Shown piece after piece: positions 57,872 through 64,000 of a stretch of DNA of 64,000 bases. The DNA is from an uncultured delta proteobacterium (lineage in GTDB: Bacteria > Myxococcota_A > Polyangia > Polyangiales > Polyangiaceae). The translations under genes were made by a program, and so were the position numbers. The DNA lies in the NCBI GenBank assembly GCA_963696385.1, contig CAVOKF010000005.1, positions 1,120,001-1,184,000 of the forward strand, read 5' to 3'. Each line of letters starts with the position of its first letter. Within the stretch, counting starts at the first letter, position 1. The notes under the pieces are model-generated. The model saw only the letters and a list, made by a program, of their open reading frames with translations, made no database searches and had not been told where the DNA came from.

Positions 57872-58835
57872 TGGCCTTTTGTATTTCCAGAATGAGCGGG
57901 TCGGGCGGAGGCTCGGCAGGGGCCGCGGAGGCTGCCGGAGGGACGTCGCTGGCCTGGGCAGGTGCGTTGTTGGCCTCCCCCGTTGTCCCGGGCCGTGCGC
58001 TCGGAGCAGGCGTGGCCTCTGCGGTCGCGCCCGCTGGAGCGATCGTCTTCGTCGCCGTTGCGGACGCCGGCGCATCATCGGTGTCGGGTGGAGATTCGGC
58101 AGGGGTGGGCGTCGGTGGTGCAGCTACGATGGCCGCCTTTCGTGCCGGGGGGCGCGCCGATGGCGGAACAGCAAACGGGGAACTCGATCGCCTTAAAATC
58201 GGCTGCGGCGCGCGGGGCAAGTCGTTGACGTTGGCGGTCGCAACGACCACAGGTTGCGTCGTCGTCGGGCGTTGTACTTCCGCCGCCGACTGCGGCGTGC
58301 GCGTCGGCTCCGCAAGCGGAAGCCCTCGAGCCGTCGCACGATCCGCAGGGGCGTCGAGGCGCGATCCCAGCAACACGCCTGCGCCCACGAGGATCCCGGC
58401 CAACCCGACGCCGCAGGCAACGAGGACGGAACGTTGGTTCCGGGTCGTCGTCGCGACCTGACTTCGCGCGGCCGGCGGAACCGACGCCACGAACGGAGGG
58501 ACCGAAATCCGAGAAGGCATCGGCGTCGCGATGTTACCCGGCGGCGGTGCCGGCAAGGGTGAGAGCGGTGCGACAAGCCGCGCGGCCGAAAACCGCTCCA
58601 CCGATACCGGGGTCGGCACGATGCTCGGTTCGGCGATCGCTTCTTCGAACGCGTACGGGGGTCGCGTGCCCGCGGGCGCCAGCGGCCGAGGCAGCGGGCC
58701 CGACGGCCGTGCAGCCGCAACAGCGGGCGGATGAGGGGCGGGGAGCGCCGACGAAAACGACACTTCCTTGGCGATCTTTCGGAGGACCAGCTTCTTCGGA
58801 GGTCGGGGCGGGGCGCCGGAGTCAGAAGTGGACAT
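57846..58835 (-). CDS. Pro/Ala-rich single-pass membrane protein
   Basis: TM segment VLVACGVGLAGILVGAGVLLG flanked by Pro-rich regions. Confidence 0.65.
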   Translation of the reverse strand: MSTSDSGAPPRPPKKLVLRKIAKEVSFSSALPAPHPPAVAAARPSGPLPRPLAPAGTRPPYAFEEAIAEPSIVPTPVSVERFSAARLVAPLSPLPAPPPGNIATPMPSRISVPPFVASVPPAARSQVATTTRNQRSVLVACGVGLAGILVGAGVLLGSRLDAPADRATARGLPLAEPTRTPQSAAEVQRPTTTQPVVVATANVNDLPRAPQPILRRSSSPFAVPPSARPPARKAAIVAAPPTPTPAESPPDTDDAPASATATKTIAPAGATAEATPAPSARPGTTGEANNAPAQASDVPPAASAAPAEPPPDPLILEIQKAIGDSQKKN

Positions 58836-59161
58836 GATGTTCTTCGCGTTGGAAAATTGCGCGATGAGAAGTGAGTCAGCCCACTTTGTGGCACACGAGA
58901 CGGCGGCGCAAGGCCGTACTGCAACGCCGACCTCCTTCTGACCTCCACTTCCGCGCTCCCTGACGCACCGGGTCATGGCACTTCGGCTGCGCTTAAGTCT
59001 CGCGTCGAGCCGCATCTCAGCGGGCCGCATGCAAGGGAGCCCCGAAATCGACCACTGGAGGCAATGTGGGCCAATGTCTGGTGTTCAGCCGTAATGGTTC
59101 TTCACGCTGCGGGCCAAAACTCGGGCGGCGCCGACACGGATCGGCCACAATCGCCGCCGGC

Positions 59162-59629
59162 ATGAATCGCGAGCCGTCGGAGCTCAAGCACTTTCGCGCA
59201 ATGCTCGAGGCTTACATGGCGAAGAAGGGGCTGCGGGCCACCGACCAGCGCAGGCTGATTGTCGAGACCTTCTTTCGAGCCGAAAATCACGTCAGTATCG
59301 AAGAGCTTCTCTCGCAAGTCCGCGCCAAAGACGCGCGCGTGGGGTATGCGACGGTGTACCGAACACTCAAGCTTCTGACCGAGTGCGGGGTGGCGAACGA
59401 ACGCCGATTTGGCGACGGGCTCACTCGCTACGAGTTGGCCGACGACGCGACGCACCATGACCACCTCATTTGCGTCGAGTGCAGCGACATCGTGGAGTTC
59501 GAAGAGCCTCGCATCGAGGTGTTGCAGGAAAAGGTCGCGCATAAGTACGGCTTCGCACTTCGCTCGCACAAGCACGAACTCTATGGCGTGTGCCCCCGCT
59601 GTCAGTCGAAGCGATCCGGCGGAAACTGA
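59162..59629 (+). CDS. fur: Fur-family transcriptional regulator
   Basis: GLRATDQR, ATVYRTL, HHDHLICVEC, YGVCPRC. Confidence 0.93.
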   Translation: MNREPSELKHFRAMLEAYMAKKGLRATDQRRLIVETFFRAENHVSIEELLSQVRAKDARVGYATVYRTLKLLTECGVANERRFGDGLTRYELADDATHHDHLICVECSDIVEFEEPRIEVLQEKVAHKYGFALRSHKHELYGVCPRCQSKRSGGN

Positions 59630-59645
59630 CGCGCGGCCGCGAGGG

Positions 59646-60275
59646 TCAAGCCGCGGCGAGGGAACGTCGCTCGGTCACGATCCAGCCCATGACGACGTCG
59701 CCTTCGGTCTCGGGAGTCTCGGCGACGAGCTGAAAATCGTACGCGACGCCGACCGTGACTGCGGGCGGCGCGAATCGCGGCAAAGCGCGATCGTAGTGGC
59801 CGGCTCCGTAGCCGATGCGATGCCCGCGCGGATCGACGGCGAGCGCGGGCACCACGATGAGGTCGAGAGTCCCCGGAGGCGCTTCTGGTTCCTGCAAAGA
59901 CGGCTCGCGGTGTCCGAACGGGTGCACTCGCATGGCCTCCGGGCTCGCAACGAACCGGAAGGACAACGCACCCGTGGCCTCTTCCACGACAGGGTAGGCG
60001 ACGTCCATGCCCCGTTCGCGCAACCGCGCGTCGAGCGCCCGCAGGTCCACTTCGTGTCGCGGCTCGATAGGCCAGAAAAGTGCGACTGAACGTGCCCGAG
60101 CGAGCGGCTCGAGGGCCGACAGTCGCTCGACGATTCGGGCGGATTTTTCCGCGCATGACGATGCCGGAAGCGCATTTCGCAGCGCGCGCATGCGCTTGCG
60201 AAGCTCGATCTTGACGCGACGACGCAGATCGTCTTCGGAAGACGAGCGAACGAAGCCGTGAGGATCGCCGGGCAT
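59646..60275 (-). CDS. ygfA: 5-formyltetrahydrofolate cyclo-ligase
   Basis: DLIVVPALAVD...RIGYGAGHYDR. Confidence 0.92.
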   Translation of the reverse strand: MPGDPHGFVRSSSEDDLRRRVKIELRKRMRALRNALPASSCAEKSARIVERLSALEPLARARSVALFWPIEPRHEVDLRALDARLRERGMDVAYPVVEEATGALSFRFVASPEAMRVHPFGHREPSLQEPEAPPGTLDLIVVPALAVDPRGHRIGYGAGHYDRALPRFAPPAVTVGVAYDFQLVAETPETEGDVVMGWIVTERRSLAAA

Positions 60276-60416
60276 GGGCAAGGAGCGTCGATCGGCTACG
60301 GGACCATGGATTGTACCGAGCAGGTCGCGAGCTTGATGCAGGTTGTCCCCTGTGGCAAGCCGGCATCCGTCGGCGGGGCCAGGGTGTCCCCGTCCACGCG
60401 GCGACCGCGCTGGCAA

Positions 60417-62198
<1,782 letters not shown>

Positions 62199-62353
62199 TG
62201 GCCTGTCTGGGCTCCGCGCGGCCGCCGGTTCACGACATCGTCACGTGGCCGTCGCTTGCATCGCCCTAGGGGGGCGGTAATCTCCTACACGAGCGCAAGC
62301 ACGCGCTGGCGACCGCTGCGCCCGGGATCGGGCGCACCTCAGGGAAACGCACA

Positions 62354-64000
62354 ATGCCGACTCGGCACATCGCTCTCGCTCCGGAATCCGGCATGAATCC
62401 GTCGGACTTGGCGCGCGTGAGCGCCGCTTTGCAAAGGCAAGTCACGCGCGACCTGGCGCCGATTTGGCACGTGTCGGCCACCGTCGACCCGTTTCCCAGT
62501 CTCGAAGACGTGCCGGCGGGATATTGGCCGGTCATCGTGACGTTTCGCCCGCTCGGTAGCGAGGCCGGTATTCACGTCGACCAGAACGGCCAGCCGTACG
62601 CTCTCATCGAGATGTCGCCCAGCTGGTCGCTCACGGCCAGTCACGTGTCGATCGAGATGATCACCGATCCGTTCGGGAGCCGATCGTTTCCCGGCATGTC
62701 GCCGCGTTCGGACCAGGGCGACGTCGAGTTTCGCGGTGGAGTGTGCGACCCCTGCGAACACCCGGACCACGCGTACTTGATCAACGACGTTTTGGTCTCC
62801 GACTTTTGTACGCCGGCTTTCTGGGAGCCCACGTCCAGAGAACAGCGGAGCTTCACCGGGGCGATTCAAGAGGCGCATCAGGTTCTGCCGGGTGGACACA
62901 TGTGCTGGTACGACCCCACCAGCAACACGTGGTGGCTCAGACAGCGTCGCATCACCGACGGCGCTGTCACGGATATCGAGGTCGGTGTCGCCGACCCCGA
63001 ACGGGGGACCGTTCGCGAATTTATTTGCCAGCACTCCCTGCACCTGCAATCGACGAAAATGACGACGGAAGCGTTCGAAGCGCGCGTGGGCACCACGCGC
63101 CAACGGGCGCTGCGCGCGTCCCAATCGAGGGCCTACTGGTTGCGCTCCGCGATCGATCGATCGCGCGTCGTCCATCCTCTCGAAATGGAGGCCGAGGTTC
63201 GGGCTGAGCTGCAAGCGGCCCGCGCAGCGCGCAAATCGTTGGATCGGCATCGGGAGGATGGCGCGTCCACGGGGCGTCCCCCGCGAGACGTGCAGCCGCG
63301 TGCGTCTACCCCGGGCGCGTCGTTCCCGCGTCGTCGCAATCGGGCGGGCGCGGACGAAGACGCGTTCACCGTCGACGAATCGGCCCTCGAACAGTCGGTC
63401 CTCGAACAGTCGGCGCTGGAGCAAGAGATCTCGCAAGCTTTTGCGCGAGCACGCGAGGCTCGCGCGGCCGCGGCCGCGGCGACCAAGCCGTCCGTCGCTC
63501 CGGTGGTGGACCGAGCCCCGAGCCGCGAAGCGATGACTCCCCCCGCTCCGCCGGTGTCGGAGTCCCAGCCGCCGCCGTCGTACGGCAGCGGCCGCGGGCG
63601 AACGTTGCCGCCGCCGTTGCCCGCGTCGTTGCCCCCGCCCACTCCGCCGCCGTCGCGAGTGGCGTCGCGCTCGGAGCCAGCGCGCGCCGACGACCGCCGC
63701 ACGCTGCCGCACGGGTCGATGGGCCGCGGCGGGTCGATCGGGGAGGGATCGATCGCGGCGACGACCGGATCGATCCGGCCGACATCGTGGTCGGGTCAAC
63801 CGGCGTTGCCCGCCGTCGCTTCGACTCGGAATAGCTGGGCGGTGACGGTCGGCGTCGTGGCCGTGGCCCTGATCGCTGCCTCGGCGTTCGTGTTGCGCAG
63901 AAGCGATGGCGCAACCGCGGCGGCGGGCCCGGGACCCGCTGCTGCTCCGGCCGCCGCGGCGCCCGTGATGGCCGCTTCGCCCGCGCCCAGCCCTACGCTG
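62354..64000 (+). CDS. Membrane-anchored protein: N-terminal zincin-like globular domain, Pro-rich linker, TM (partial, runs off the right edge)
   Basis: Not in ORF track. Frame is open from ATG 62354 to the window end: VSAALQRQVTRDLAPIW...WSLTASHVSIEMITDP...VCDPCE...VSDF; TM WAVTVGVVAVALIAASAFVL. Confidence 0.8.
   Translation, partial: MPTRHIALAPESGMNPSDLARVSAALQRQVTRDLAPIWHVSATVDPFPSLEDVPAGYWPVIVTFRPLGSEAGIHVDQNGQPYALIEMSPSWSLTASHVSIEMITDPFGSRSFPGMSPRSDQGDVEFRGGVCDPCEHPDHAYLINDVLVSDFCTPAFWEPTSREQRSFTGAIQEAHQVLPGGHMCWYDPTSNTWWLRQRRITDGAVTDIEVGVADPERGTVREFICQHSLHLQSTKMTTEAFEARVGTTRQRALRASQSRAYWLRSAIDRSRVVHPLEMEAEVRAELQAARAARKSLDRHREDGASTGRPPRDVQPRASTPGASFPRRRNRAGADEDAFTVDESALEQSVLEQSALEQEISQAFARAREARAAAAAATKPSVAPVVDRAPSREAMTPPAPPVSESQPPPSYGSGRGRTLPPPLPASLPPPTPPPSRVASRSEPARADDRRTLPHGSMGRGGSIGEGSIAATTGSIRPTSWSGQPALPAVASTRNSWAVTVGVVAVALIAASAFVLRRSDGATAAAGPGPAAAPAAAAPVMAASPAPSPTL

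Noticed and set aside
58836..59161. Fur box upstream of fur
   Set aside because: No AT-rich GATAATGATAATCATTATC-like palindrome was seen.
60276..60416. 6S RNA upstream of ygfA
   Set aside because: The divergent gap is only about 140 bp and shows no recognisable long 6S hairpin.

Overview
High-GC, gene-dense chromosomal window from what looks like a myxobacterium (Polyangiaceae-like). This is inferred from Che8-type, MXAN_5187-type, AgmX/PglI and DmxA-type genes and from many Pro/Cys-rich lipoproteins. No rRNA, tRNA, CRISPR array or transposase was found. From left to right the window holds: (1) an FHA protein and a CinA/MoCF protein; (2) a receptor-less chemosensory operon (cheY-cheA-cheW-cheW-HEAT-cheR-cheB) running into ruvB, a REC-GAF-PAS-PAS-HisKA protein with no ATPase domain, and a complete histidine kinase; (3) an MXAN_5187-family gene, trxB, a cNMP protein, a PufC-like triheme cytochrome and lexA with an SOS box in its promoter; (4) housekeeping and envelope genes, including a DmxA-like diguanylate cyclase, two rhomboids, an M1 peptidase, liuC/liuB-like genes and a GT2. 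The most unusual region (about 39.0-51.5 kb) is a Kdp-like signalling island without the kdpFABC pump. It has a truncated KdpD, one degenerate and one canonical KdpE, a His-less kinase, a hemerythrin and an SbtB/PII-like protein, lies beside an operon for MscS plus two cation:proton antiporter-like proteins, and carries six TTTAY-like direct-repeat pairs with 11-bp spacing. The right end has miaA, mutL, a Fur-family regulator, 5-FCL, a DUF885 lipoprotein and a partial membrane-anchored gene that the ORF track missed. All family calls come from motif recognition by eye; no database searches were run.
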